Below, piece after piece: positions 38,208-47,069 of a DNA stretch of 56,027 nt. Both the position numbers and the translations under genes were made by a program. Numbering within the stretch: the first letter of the stretch is position 1; every line of letters starts with the position of its first letter. The stretch is from a virus. Lineage: Duplodnaviria; Caudoviricetes. The notes under the pieces were generated by a model. It ran no database searches and was not told the origin of the DNA. It was given only the letters and a program-made list of their open reading frames with translations. The stretch spans positions 1 to 56,027 of IMG/VR virus record IMGVR_UViG_3300037258_000287; one strand, written 5' to 3'.

Positions 38208-38450
38208 TCGATGACTGTAATCATGTGGATCTGCGGAAAATGCCGCGTCACGAACACAGGCGAACGCTGCCCGAAATGCAGACTGTGACCGCAAAGGCGG
38301 GCTGATGATCCCGACGATTGAGGCGATGGACCCGGAGTTTGAAGCCGCGAAACAGAGGCTGCGAGAATACGTGAAGGCCTATCCCGATCAGGCCATGATC
38401 GCTATTTACGGCCTGTACCTCTAAACTGTATTTCGCGCGATAATCGCAGC

Positions 38451-38837
38451 ATGAACCGCCGCGCCTTCTTCGTTGCCACCCTATCCGCCATCTTTGGAAG
38501 GAAGCGTTTCACGGCGTGGCTCAGAACCCGCGGCGCCGACTACTATTCCATCCGGTGGCCTGTGCATGCCCGCAGTTGGGAATTTGGCGTCCATTGCCAA
38601 GAGGCGCTGAACCATTACATGCCGTTTTCGCAAGCCTTCCTGACGAACATTGCGATGCCAATCACCGAAGTGACTGAGGTGCGGATTGATGGCATGCGCC
38701 TCGAACCGGGCCAGTTTTCGGAATCACCCGGCAGGGTGCTCGCCTTTCCCGCGGCAGCAGCGTCGGACGATGTGAGCATCAGCTACAGCTACGGCCCGAT
38801 TCCCGCGGGTTACGGCAAGACGCCGCGCGCTGCATGA
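38451..38837 (+). CDS. Twin-arginine-leader chimera of capsid C-terminus and neck/tube-like segments
   Basis: MNRRAFF leader; 13/38 ungapped identities to MCP C-terminus; further matches to adaptor and tube. Confidence 0.75.
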   Translation: MNRRAFFVATLSAIFGRKRFTAWLRTRGADYYSIRWPVHARSWEFGVHCQEALNHYMPFSQAFLTNIAMPITEVTEVRIDGMRLEPGQFSESPGRVLAFPAAAASDDVSISYSYGPIPAGYGKTPRAA

Positions 38838-39034
38838 CCCGGCGCGGCTTCCTCACCCTACCCCTAGCGGCAAAGGCCCAACAGCAGGCAGACGCCGAAA
38901 AGATTGCCGAGATGGAGGCGGCACTTAAGTTCCTGTGGGACGGCTACCACGTGCAACCCACGGCCATCTACACCCCTGAAGGCCGCATCACCAAAGACGG
39001 TATCGATCCGTGGGGCACGTTTCCCGAGCCTTAA
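38834..39034 (+). CDS. Twin-arginine-leader mini-protein carrying a capsid helix
   Basis: MTRRGFL leader; 11/23 ungapped identities to MCP IVEWDAALKYFWDTYKTGIDRIY. Confidence 0.78.
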   Translation: MTRRGFLTLPLAAKAQQQADAEKIAEMEAALKFLWDGYHVQPTAIYTPEGRITKDGIDPWGTFPEP

Positions 39035-39055
39035 AAACGCGCGATAATCTCGGCT

Positions 39056-39406
39056 GTGCTCAAGGTTGGAAAGTGCGCAAAGTGTCACGGGCTGATGCCG
39101 CTCACGACCCATCACATCATTCCGCGGTCCAAAGGCGGGAAGGGCCTTCCGAATAATACCGTTCTGGTATGTCGCCCCTGCCACGACGAGCTAGATATCG
39201 AAGCTGGCGTGCGGCAGATCCGCAAGGGACCTAAGATGCCCGGCCTTCCTCGGCGGCGGATGCAGTGCCATTCCTGCAATAACACTATCCGAAAGGACGA
39301 ATGGCGAAATGGTCATAGGCTTTGCAGGCCGTGTCAGTGGAAGAAAGAGCGCGCAACATGGGACCGGCTCAAACAGATGCTCGTTGAGGCAGAAGAGCGG
39401 CTCTGA
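39056..39406 (+). CDS. HNH endonuclease
   Basis: CAKC...HHIIPRSKGG...N...VCRPCH plus a second Zn finger. Confidence 0.85.
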   Translation: MLKVGKCAKCHGLMPLTTHHIIPRSKGGKGLPNNTVLVCRPCHDELDIEAGVRQIRKGPKMPGLPRRRMQCHSCNNTIRKDEWRNGHRLCRPCQWKKERATWDRLKQMLVEAEERL

Positions 39407-39464
39407 TCGCGGCGCGGCCCGGCCTCAGAAAATTAAATAAATCGCTCATCACGACTAAGGTGGT

Positions 39465-40118
39465 GTGCGCGAGCCCGACGTCCCCGTAACCCTCGAAGAA
39501 AAACCGCCCTCCGACCCGCCATCTATCCCGCCCGAAACCTCCGAACACGAGCTGGCGCACACGGAAACCTCGATCACAGACTATGCCAGGCTCTGCGTCA
39601 AGGCGGCGCAAGATGACGGCTACAAGGAAATAGGTACGGTCCACAACGTATCTTTCTCCGAAGCCTACCAGCCAGTCCCCGAACCCTCACCGCCTGCCAA
39701 ACCCGCCGGGCCTCCGCTTCTCTCTCAAGAGGAATACGACGCCAAGCGCGCCGCGCGGAACGTCGAGCAACTCATCCGCAAAGAGCAAGCCCGTCTTACC
39801 CCTCTTGCCCGCCGCGCCTTCCTCTGCGCACTGCACGAAGCCTGCACAAAAGACATTGCATCGCTTGACGAATCGTACCGCCGGGCGCTGGCGAAGAAAG
39901 AAGAGCTGCTCGCCAAAGCCCGATCGGAAGCATCGCCGGAAAAGGTGAGTCCGGATCCGGATGCATCGCCGGAAACGGCGGGGCTGCAGTCTGCCGGCCT
40001 GCCCGCTATCGACGTGGATGAATCACTCGCGCCCGGCACAGTAGAGTTTCGCGGGCCACGCGGCGCAGGCAAGATCACCGACCTTGTGCCCATTCCACTT
40101 ACTGCGGAGGAACTGTGA
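39465..40118 (+). CDS. Hypothetical Pro-rich protein
   Basis: 217-aa ORF; contains two copies of the 18-bp palindrome. Confidence 0.55.
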   Translation: MREPDVPVTLEEKPPSDPPSIPPETSEHELAHTETSITDYARLCVKAAQDDGYKEIGTVHNVSFSEAYQPVPEPSPPAKPAGPPLLSQEEYDAKRAARNVEQLIRKEQARLTPLARRAFLCALHEACTKDIASLDESYRRALAKKEELLAKARSEASPEKVSPDPDASPETAGLQSAGLPAIDVDESLAPGTVEFRGPRGAGKITDLVPIPLTAEEL

Positions 40119-40416
40119 GTCAATCGAGCCATTGGCCGTTTGCTATCTGGTATGCGATCTGCGTATTGGGCCTGATCGTGAAGGCGATGCAGGTCGACAA
40201 GGAAGAGGTGACACTAGCCCAGTTCATCGGGCACCTCGTCGTTGACATCGGAGGTCAGACGCTGGTTATCGCGTGGGCAGCCGGATGGAGGTTTTGGTAG
40301 ATGGCCGTGGAAGTCACCCTGCGAAGCGATGGCCACTGGTGGCGATGGAACGGCCTCAAGTGGATCGGCCCCTACGCCACAAAAGCAGAGGCTGAGAAAG
40401 GATCGTAGGAACCCGC

Positions 40417-40674
40417 ATGCCCTTAACTCGATACCGTTGCTTCAAGGAAGTTGAGGCGATGAAGATCGTCAGAATCGATGCGCTCTGCTCACTATCGACC
40501 GGCCCCAACACGCCTGTGGCTGCGCTGATTGGGGAAGACGGAACACAGGTGACCGTCACCGAGGATTGGTTTAACCGCTTCAGACCCGGCCCCGGCGGCT
40601 ACGTTGTATACAGCGATGGCTACCGGTCCTTCTCACCCGCCAAAGCTTTCGAGGAAGGCTACACCAAAATCTGA
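40417..40674 (+). CDS. Conserved-type small phage protein
   Basis: RYRCFKEVEAMKI...GGYVVYSDGYRSFSPAKAFEEGY. Confidence 0.7.
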   Translation: MPLTRYRCFKEVEAMKIVRIDALCSLSTGPNTPVAALIGEDGTQVTVTEDWFNRFRPGPGGYVVYSDGYRSFSPAKAFEEGYTKI

Positions 40675-41102
40675 TGGCCGCTAAAGTGACCCCCATGAAG
40701 CGCCCTGCCTCCTTGACTCCCGAGGAAATCGACGAGCTCGCCATCCTGCACGAAAAGCTCGGACCGATGCGGAAGCGGCAGGAACAGTTGAAAGAGAAAA
40801 ACGAAGCCGCCAATCCCAAGCTCAAGACGGACCCCAACGCGACGATGATCCTCGAAGGCAAACACTACCTGATCGACGTGAGCAAGCGCGGCCCGGAGAC
40901 CAAAGTCGCCGGCATTGAGAAGATTTACAAATTGCTCGGGTTAAAGGCGTTCTTCGAATTCGTCAAGCGCTGCCAGGTGACGCAAAAGGCCCTCGATGCA
41001 TCACTTCCCGCCGGCACAGACCGCGAACTGTTCCTTGTAACTGCGCAGACTGGCCACAGAAACTACTCAGTTACACGTAAATTCACCGGCGAGACCGCAT
41101 GA
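40674..41102 (+). CDS. Hypothetical protein
   Basis: Coupled ORF, 142 aa. Confidence 0.6.
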   Translation: MAAKVTPMKRPASLTPEEIDELAILHEKLGPMRKRQEQLKEKNEAANPKLKTDPNATMILEGKHYLIDVSKRGPETKVAGIEKIYKLLGLKAFFEFVKRCQVTQKALDASLPAGTDRELFLVTAQTGHRNYSVTRKFTGETA

Positions 41103-41373
41103 GCGTGCGGATCGAAGCGCTAAAAATAACGCGGGTGGTGAGCATATCGGCTCAGTCCTTGACCGAGGAACACGAGTATTTTCCCGGATGCACCGCTGTG
41201 CTGATAGAGGACGGAAAGATGTGGACGCTGAACTCCCGACGCGAGAAAACCTACTCACGGCCACTGGAAGGACTGCGCGGAATTTCTCTTTGCGCAGTGG
41301 AATATCAGGGCTGGGCACCCGGTTCAGAGCACGGCAAAGTCAGGACAGTCGACGCGGCGGAAAGGTGGCTCGA

Positions 41374-41748
41374 TTGAACCGCATCCAGCTAACCCGGCGG
41401 GAAGTCGACATGATCCAAGGCGTGCTCGACGGCAAATGCAACAAGGACATCGCCACAGCCTGCGGCATCACCGAGAACACAGCGAAGGTCTACCTATCTC
41501 GCCTCTTCGGAAAAGTGGGTGCGCGATCGCGCTGGGAGCTGATGGAATGGGGCCGCGCATGGGCTGAGGCTGAGCGCCGCGTGCAGGCCCAATACCGCGA
41601 GCTGCATCCCGATGCCCTGGAGACTATCCCTACGTTGCAGATCCGCGAGGTTACGGAGTTCGAAGTCATCAAAGCTCTGATCCAAAAGACCGTACTCGGT
41701 ACCGAGCAGCGCGCCGAACTGGCAGTCTCGCTCTTGAGGGACGCGTAG
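41374..41748 (+). CDS. LuxR-type HTH regulator
   Basis: LTRREVDMIQGVLDGKCNKDIATACGITENTAKVYLSRLFGKVGARSR; TTG start. Confidence 0.85.
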   Translation: MNRIQLTRREVDMIQGVLDGKCNKDIATACGITENTAKVYLSRLFGKVGARSRWELMEWGRAWAEAERRVQAQYRELHPDALETIPTLQIREVTEFEVIKALIQKTVLGTEQRAELAVSLLRDA

Positions 41749-42544
41749 TAAATGAACCACGCCTCCATCGAACTGCTTACCGAATTTGTCCCGACGCCCA
41801 CGCTGCACGCTGCCTGCTCGCACGACTGCGGTAATTTCGTGAGGATGGCATGCCCTCCGACGGATATAATGCCGCTCGAAGCCTCGTTGCAGAATTTCCT
41901 GATGCAGGTGCGAAACGCGGGCTGGAATATCGGCCTCATGGGAAACGCCTGCCCGGCGCACGTGAAGAAAATGCAGGATGCGCAGCCGCGCGTGATAGCG
42001 CCATCGAACGGCAATCTGATTTTGAAGCCTCACTAAGGAGAGAAAAGACTTATATGTTTTCAACGCAAATGACAGAGAGAATCGGCGGTGAAACGCACCC
42101 GACCCGCACCCATGAAACGCTGGACGCCGCGGTGAAGTACGCACAGCAGCGATCATCCGAAAAGCAGTGCGAGATTTCGGTGCGCGACCAGTTCGGCACC
42201 GTGCTGCACGTGTTCGAAGCCGGCGAGGACAAGATGGTGCACTACCCGGAAGTGTGCCAGGAAGTCGGGCAACTCACGCAGTAGGCGAGTTAACCAAGGA
42301 GATCACGAAAATCGCGGCTGAAAAATAAATATCGAGAAATCCTGAAAAATTTCTGACGCCAGCCTGTATACTCCTTTCGAACATTGCGCTGCACCTGGGC
42401 GCTGATCTGCTAATTGAAACCTCCTACACGGGGCGCACCTTTCCACGGGGTGCGCCCTGTACACCCGTCCGGAACGGGTGGTGCTCGCCGTGAAGGGGCG
42501 AGGGTAAACAAGACTAACCCCGGTCACCGATCCCAACGCCACAC

Positions 42545-43045
42545 GTGTCTCTTGTCATCCCAGCCCGCGATTCACGCGACCGGATAGCCGTCGTAGGCCC
42601 GGACGGTGAGGTCATTCTCTGGGCAGATTACTCGCAAGCACAGGACCTTATGAAGCGCGGCGAAGTCTTAGCCGTGCGCTCGAAACATGGGAAGGGCCGC
42701 ATCAAATGCCTCGCGATAGTTGAGCGTCTGACAGCCATACCGCAGAAGCCGACACCCTTGCGCCAGCACGGCACGGCAGGCGATTCGCACACTAATTTAC
42801 GGGAGTGCCGCTGCGGAGAATGCAAGGAAAACGGCTCACCGGTTAAACGGCACCTGAACCGATCCACCAACCCACCCGGAGTATGGACGATTGACGCGCT
42901 ACCCCGCTGGGGCAAGAAAGATTGGAAGACGCGGGCGCTGTTCCGCCGTCCCCTGCTCGAAGCCATCTACGGACGGGAGCACGTCGAAAAGTGCTTGAAT
43001 CCCCCGCGCCCCTCCCCGTCGCCGTCCCGTTCGAAGGCCGCATAG
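42545..43045 (+). CDS. Hypothetical protein
   Basis: 166 aa, after a structured intergenic region. Confidence 0.55.
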   Translation: MSLVIPARDSRDRIAVVGPDGEVILWADYSQAQDLMKRGEVLAVRSKHGKGRIKCLAIVERLTAIPQKPTPLRQHGTAGDSHTNLRECRCGECKENGSPVKRHLNRSTNPPGVWTIDALPRWGKKDWKTRALFRRPLLEAIYGREHVEKCLNPPRPSPSPSRSKAA

Positions 43046-43317
43046 CGCGCACCACACCGGACCCGGCGCACGATGCGCTCGAGAAATTGAGCCTCGAGGA
43101 CGTAGCGCGAATTGTGGCGATGTTCGCCGGCGCCCTGACTTCGCAGCAGACGCAAGTGCTCGTGATGAGGTACTGGCACGATCGCACCTTCGAAGAGATT
43201 GGCGAACTGGTCGGCATTTCGTTGGGCGCAGCGTACCGCATTCACCGTGCAGCGCTTGAATCCTTGCGCAAGCGGATGGAACTGGCGGGCATACGCCGCG
43301 TGGCCGATGTCATATGA
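42922..43317 (+). CDS. Sigma70 region-4 HTH protein (start uncertain)
   Basis: LTSQQTQVLVMRYWHDRTFEEIGELVGISLGAAYRIHRAALESLR. Confidence 0.8.
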   Translation: MEDAGAVPPSPARSHLRTGARRKVLESPAPLPVAVPFEGRIARTTPDPAHDALEKLSLEDVARIVAMFAGALTSQQTQVLVMRYWHDRTFEEIGELVGISLGAAYRIHRAALESLRKRMELAGIRRVADVI

Positions 43318-44084
43318 AGGGCTACTGCGATCTTCCGGGAGCCTGCCATTTACCGAAAAACGGAATGAAACTTGAGTGCGTCATCACCTGCGTGAACCAC
43401 GCGGACTTTCTTGCCCACACGATTCCGCTGAACAAGCACTGCTTTGACCGGATCGTAGTGGTATCGGCTCCCGAAGATCGGGACACCCCGAGGATTTGCG
43501 ACTACTGGCAGGTCGAATGTTGCCAGACGGACGCGTTCAACTCGCGATGGGGCGAATTCAAAAAGGGCTGCGGAATCAATGCCGGCCTGGCAGCTCTTTC
43601 GCTCGATGATTGGGTTTGCCACCTCGACGCCGACATCGCGCTGCCTCCCAATTCGCGGTTTGCCCTTGAGCACGCGGACCTTGACCCGTCGATGATCTAC
43701 GGGATTGACCGGGTCGATTGCAAATCCTACACCGACTGGCAGCGGTTCATCGGCAACCCGGTTCGTAATGTCGACGGCGCCGGATGGTTCATCCATACGA
43801 CGCACAGCCCTTTCAAGCTCTCAACCAGGGTGAAATTCGGGCCTGACGGTGGCTACGTTCCGATCGGGTTCTTTCAGTTGTGGCACCCGAAAACTTCCGG
43901 CATGTCCCGGTATCTTGAAGGCCACAATGACGCAGGGCGGGAAGATTCGATGTTCCCGGCACAGTGGCCACGCAGCAAACGGGGATTCATCCCGGAGGTC
44001 ACCGCCTACCATCTTGAGAGCGAGGATGCTCCCATGGCGGCAAACTGGCAGGGACGCAAGACCAAACCTTTTCAAATCGGATGA
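43314..44084 (+). CDS. GT-A fold (family 2-like) glycosyltransferase (start may be 43365)
   Basis: VITCVNHADFL, INAGL, HLDAD (DxD), IGFFQLW. Confidence 0.7.
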   Translation: MKGYCDLPGACHLPKNGMKLECVITCVNHADFLAHTIPLNKHCFDRIVVVSAPEDRDTPRICDYWQVECCQTDAFNSRWGEFKKGCGINAGLAALSLDDWVCHLDADIALPPNSRFALEHADLDPSMIYGIDRVDCKSYTDWQRFIGNPVRNVDGAGWFIHTTHSPFKLSTRVKFGPDGGYVPIGFFQLWHPKTSGMSRYLEGHNDAGREDSMFPAQWPRSKRGFIPEVTAYHLESEDAPMAANWQGRKTKPFQIG

Positions 44085-44194
44085 CTCCTTTATGCCGGAT
44101 GTCTGGATTCTCGAAGATGAAAACACCGACTGGATCGGCTCCCTGCATCACCCGAAAAAACAGCGTCTAACTACACTCCACTCAGGTACTCGCC

Positions 44195-44374
44195 ATGACC
44201 CCCTCAAGCGCAGTCGGAATCCCGGAGCAGCTCGCCGATGTTCGGGCGCGGACTACAACGCTTGAGCATGGACAAGACCGGATCGAAAAGAAAATAGACC
44301 GGCTCGAAGCATGGGTTGTCGCCGCACTGGGCGGCATCGCGCTGCAACTGTTGGTCGTCATCCTGAAGGGATAA
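44195..44374 (+). CDS. Small coiled-coil plus TM protein (XhlA/holin-like)
   Basis: RIEKKIDRLEAWVVAALGGIALQLLVVILKG. Confidence 0.5.
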   Translation: MTPSSAVGIPEQLADVRARTTTLEHGQDRIEKKIDRLEAWVVAALGGIALQLLVVILKG

Positions 44375-44808
44375 TCCCGTGGCCATCGAGTGCTCGGACC
44401 TTAGACAGCGCTACATCCTGCGGCTGGTGGACCGGCTGCGGGAAGGCCTGCCCATTTCGACCGCCGGCCTCGACGAGCAGGAGGAAGCCCGCGAACTCCT
44501 GGCCAGCGAATCAATCGAAATTCCGGCCGAGACCTGGGGCGACCTGGCATTACACCACCGGCGCATCGCGAAATCCGCTTAGCCCTGCAAAGGACTGTAT
44601 GAAGAAGCCCGCCCCAAAGAAAATCGCTCAGTGCATCCGCCCCGTCACCCAGTCCGATGCGGACCAGCAGTTATCGGTGATCGAGGACGTGCGCATCCAG
44701 ATCATCACCAAGAAAAAGGAACTGCTCGAAATCGAGCACAGGCTCTGGCTGTATGAGCGCGGCCTCCAGGAGATGCAGGCCGAACTCCGGAAAGCAGCCT
44801 AGCCCTTT

Positions 44809-45444
44809 GTGGAATTTCTCTGGACCGCGCAGCGCGAGGAAGCTGCCCTGCTTGTCGCTCAAGACGAGCTTACCGACGAGCAGATTGCCAAGCGAGTGGG
44901 CGTCACCCGCAACGGCGCAGTAGCGCGATGGAAAGCTACCCCGGCATTCCGCGTCCGCGTCAATGAGCACGTACGGGAATGGGCGCAGAGGTTCCGCGAA
45001 GAGGGGCTATGCGTCAAAGAGCGGCGCGTCAGATCGCTCGTCGATGATTTCGCGGCCACTGAATTAATACTCTCCGAACGCGGTGAGCAGCTTGCGGACT
45101 TCGGGGGGGGATGCTCGACAGGCTTCATCTGCCGCGACTACAAGGGGAAAGACGCAACCCAGGAAGTCTTCTTCTTCGACGCTGCCCTAATGCGAGAGCG
45201 CCGGGCTATCCGGGAGCAGATTGCCCAGGAACTGGGCGACGTCGTCACCAAGCACGAACACACCGGCAAGAACGGTGCGCCGATCGACGTAACAGTAAAT
45301 GCCAGGGAGTTGCTCACTAGCCGAATCGCTAGCATCGCTGAGCGAAGAGGAACGGGACGAAGCGATATCCAGCCTGACGGACGAACAGGCGGCGAGGATT
45401 CTGTACGACTGGCGGGGGACGTTCGCCCGGCAGAACCAGCTTGA
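44809..45444 (+). CDS. terS: Terminase small subunit
   Basis: N-terminal HTH (LTDEQIAKRVGVTR...W); KHEHTGKNGAPI motif; overlaps terL by 146 bp. Confidence 0.8.
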   Translation: MEFLWTAQREEAALLVAQDELTDEQIAKRVGVTRNGAVARWKATPAFRVRVNEHVREWAQRFREEGLCVKERRVRSLVDDFAATELILSERGEQLADFGGGCSTGFICRDYKGKDATQEVFFFDAALMRERRAIREQIAQELGDVVTKHEHTGKNGAPIDVTVNARELLTSRIASIAERRGTGRSDIQPDGRTGGEDSVRLAGDVRPAEPA

Positions 45445-46636
45445 GCCTCCGGGAGACTGGCGCAACTGGCTGATTCTCGCGGGCCGAGGGTTCGGTAAAA
45501 CTCGCACCGGCGCCGAATTTGTTCGTGAGCAAGTAGAGCTACGTAAGGCCCGGCGAATCGCGTTCATCGGCCACACCGTAGCCGACGTCCGAAAAGTGAT
45601 GATCGAGGGGGAAAGCGGGCTGCTCGCCTGCTACCCCCCGGGAGAGGGTCCGGTCTACAAGCCTTCGGAACGATCGGTCGAGTGGTCAAACGGAGCAATC
45701 GGGACGACGTACTCGGGCGATTCTCCAGACCAGCTCCGTGGCCCGCAGCACGATCTCTACTGGTGCGACGAGCCTGCAAAGTTCGCCTATCTCCAGGACT
45801 GCTGGGATAACCTGCAGTTCGGCCTGAGACTGGGGAACGCTCCCCGCGGCGTCCTGACCACGACACCCAAGCCTCTGGCGCTCATTCGCCAGCTCGTGAG
45901 GGATCAGCCGGCCACGGTCGTTACCCGCGGCTCGACGTACGACAATGCGTCGAATCTGCCGGCGGCAACCTTAGCTGAGTTCCGCAAGAAATATGAGGGA
46001 ACGCGGCTCGGCAGGCAAGAGCTGTTTGCCGAGATTCTCGACGACGCTCCGGGCGCACTGTGGAAACGGCAATCGTTTGATGGCCACCGCGTCAAGGAAG
46101 CGCCGGAACTAACGCGAGTTGTGGTGGCGGTCGACCCGGCGGTTACCGACACCGAGCACTCGGACGAAAGCGGAATAGTGGCGGCCGGCCGCGGCATCGA
46201 TGGCCACGCGTACATCCTTGACGACTGGTCGCTTAGATCGTCGCCGGGCGAGTGGGCGAAAAAAGCGATCGAGCTTTACAAGCATCGCCGCGCCGATATC
46301 ATCATCGCCGAAGTGAACAAGGGCGGCGACTTGGTCATCTCGACCATTCGGGTGGTAGACCCTAACGCCCCGGTGCGGAAGACGCGGGCCACTCAGGGCA
46401 AAGTGCTGAGAGCTGAACCGGTCGCGGCTCTCTATGAGCAAGGCCGCGTGCACCACGTCGGGAACTTCGACGCTCTCGAAGATCAGATGTGCATGTTCAC
46501 TACGGGAGCATATGTGGGGCCGGGCTCTCCGGACCGCGCGGACGCTGCGGTATATGCGATTACGGATTTGATTTTGGACGCGCCTGGCGAGGGGCTACTC
46601 GAATACTACAGGCGCATGAACGAAAAGAAAGACTGA
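45299..46636 (+). CDS. terL: Terminase large subunit
   Basis: Walker A AGRGFGKT, Walker B YWCDE, TTTP motif, nuclease VAVDP...SPDRADA. Confidence 0.96.
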   Translation: MPGSCSLAESLASLSEEERDEAISSLTDEQAARILYDWRGTFARQNQLEPPGDWRNWLILAGRGFGKTRTGAEFVREQVELRKARRIAFIGHTVADVRKVMIEGESGLLACYPPGEGPVYKPSERSVEWSNGAIGTTYSGDSPDQLRGPQHDLYWCDEPAKFAYLQDCWDNLQFGLRLGNAPRGVLTTTPKPLALIRQLVRDQPATVVTRGSTYDNASNLPAATLAEFRKKYEGTRLGRQELFAEILDDAPGALWKRQSFDGHRVKEAPELTRVVVAVDPAVTDTEHSDESGIVAAGRGIDGHAYILDDWSLRSSPGEWAKKAIELYKHRRADIIIAEVNKGGDLVISTIRVVDPNAPVRKTRATQGKVLRAEPVAALYEQGRVHHVGNFDALEDQMCMFTTGAYVGPGSPDRADAAVYAITDLILDAPGEGLLEYYRRMNEKKD

Positions 46637-46651
46637 CAGGGGGATTTTTCA

Positions 46652-46864
46652 ATGTTTGCGCAGGGATTCCGCGAGCTGCTAGGACAGCTTTTTCAGATCG
46701 TTGCCGCATTTCTGCGGTTGACGCTGCCGGAAGTGCTGATCGTCGGAGGTCTAGGCGTGGGCGTCTGGGCTGCCTTTATCTATTCGCCGATCGCTGGCCG
46801 GTGCGCGCTGGCGCTCATGATGCTCATGCTCGGCGTTAGCGCCGCGGGGAGAAAAGGCGCTTAG
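46652..46864 (+). CDS. Small membrane protein
   Basis: Two hydrophobic segments, between terL and portal. Confidence 0.6.
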   Translation: MFAQGFRELLGQLFQIVAAFLRLTLPEVLIVGGLGVGVWAAFIYSPIAGRCALALMMLMLGVSAAGRKGA

Positions 46865-47069
46865 ATGGAAATTCTCGGCATCGCTTTGTCATTCTGCGCA
46901 GCCTTGGCAATCGCGGCATATTCCGTGGTGCGCGCCAAGTGACCATGACCTTGAGAATTCACCAGCCGGATGTAGCCGTGGCCATCGTCAGGCTACTTTC
47001 AGACGTCCGTACAAATTCGGGGTGGCATGATCGTCATCCATAACTCACTCAGCTAAGGAAAAACACACC

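Noticed and set aside
40000-40118. C-terminus of ORF 39465 (AIDVDESLAPGTVEF) as a fourth capsid fragment
   Set aside because: Only pattern-level resemblance to PIEIHPNMPDGHVFF; too short to support by eye
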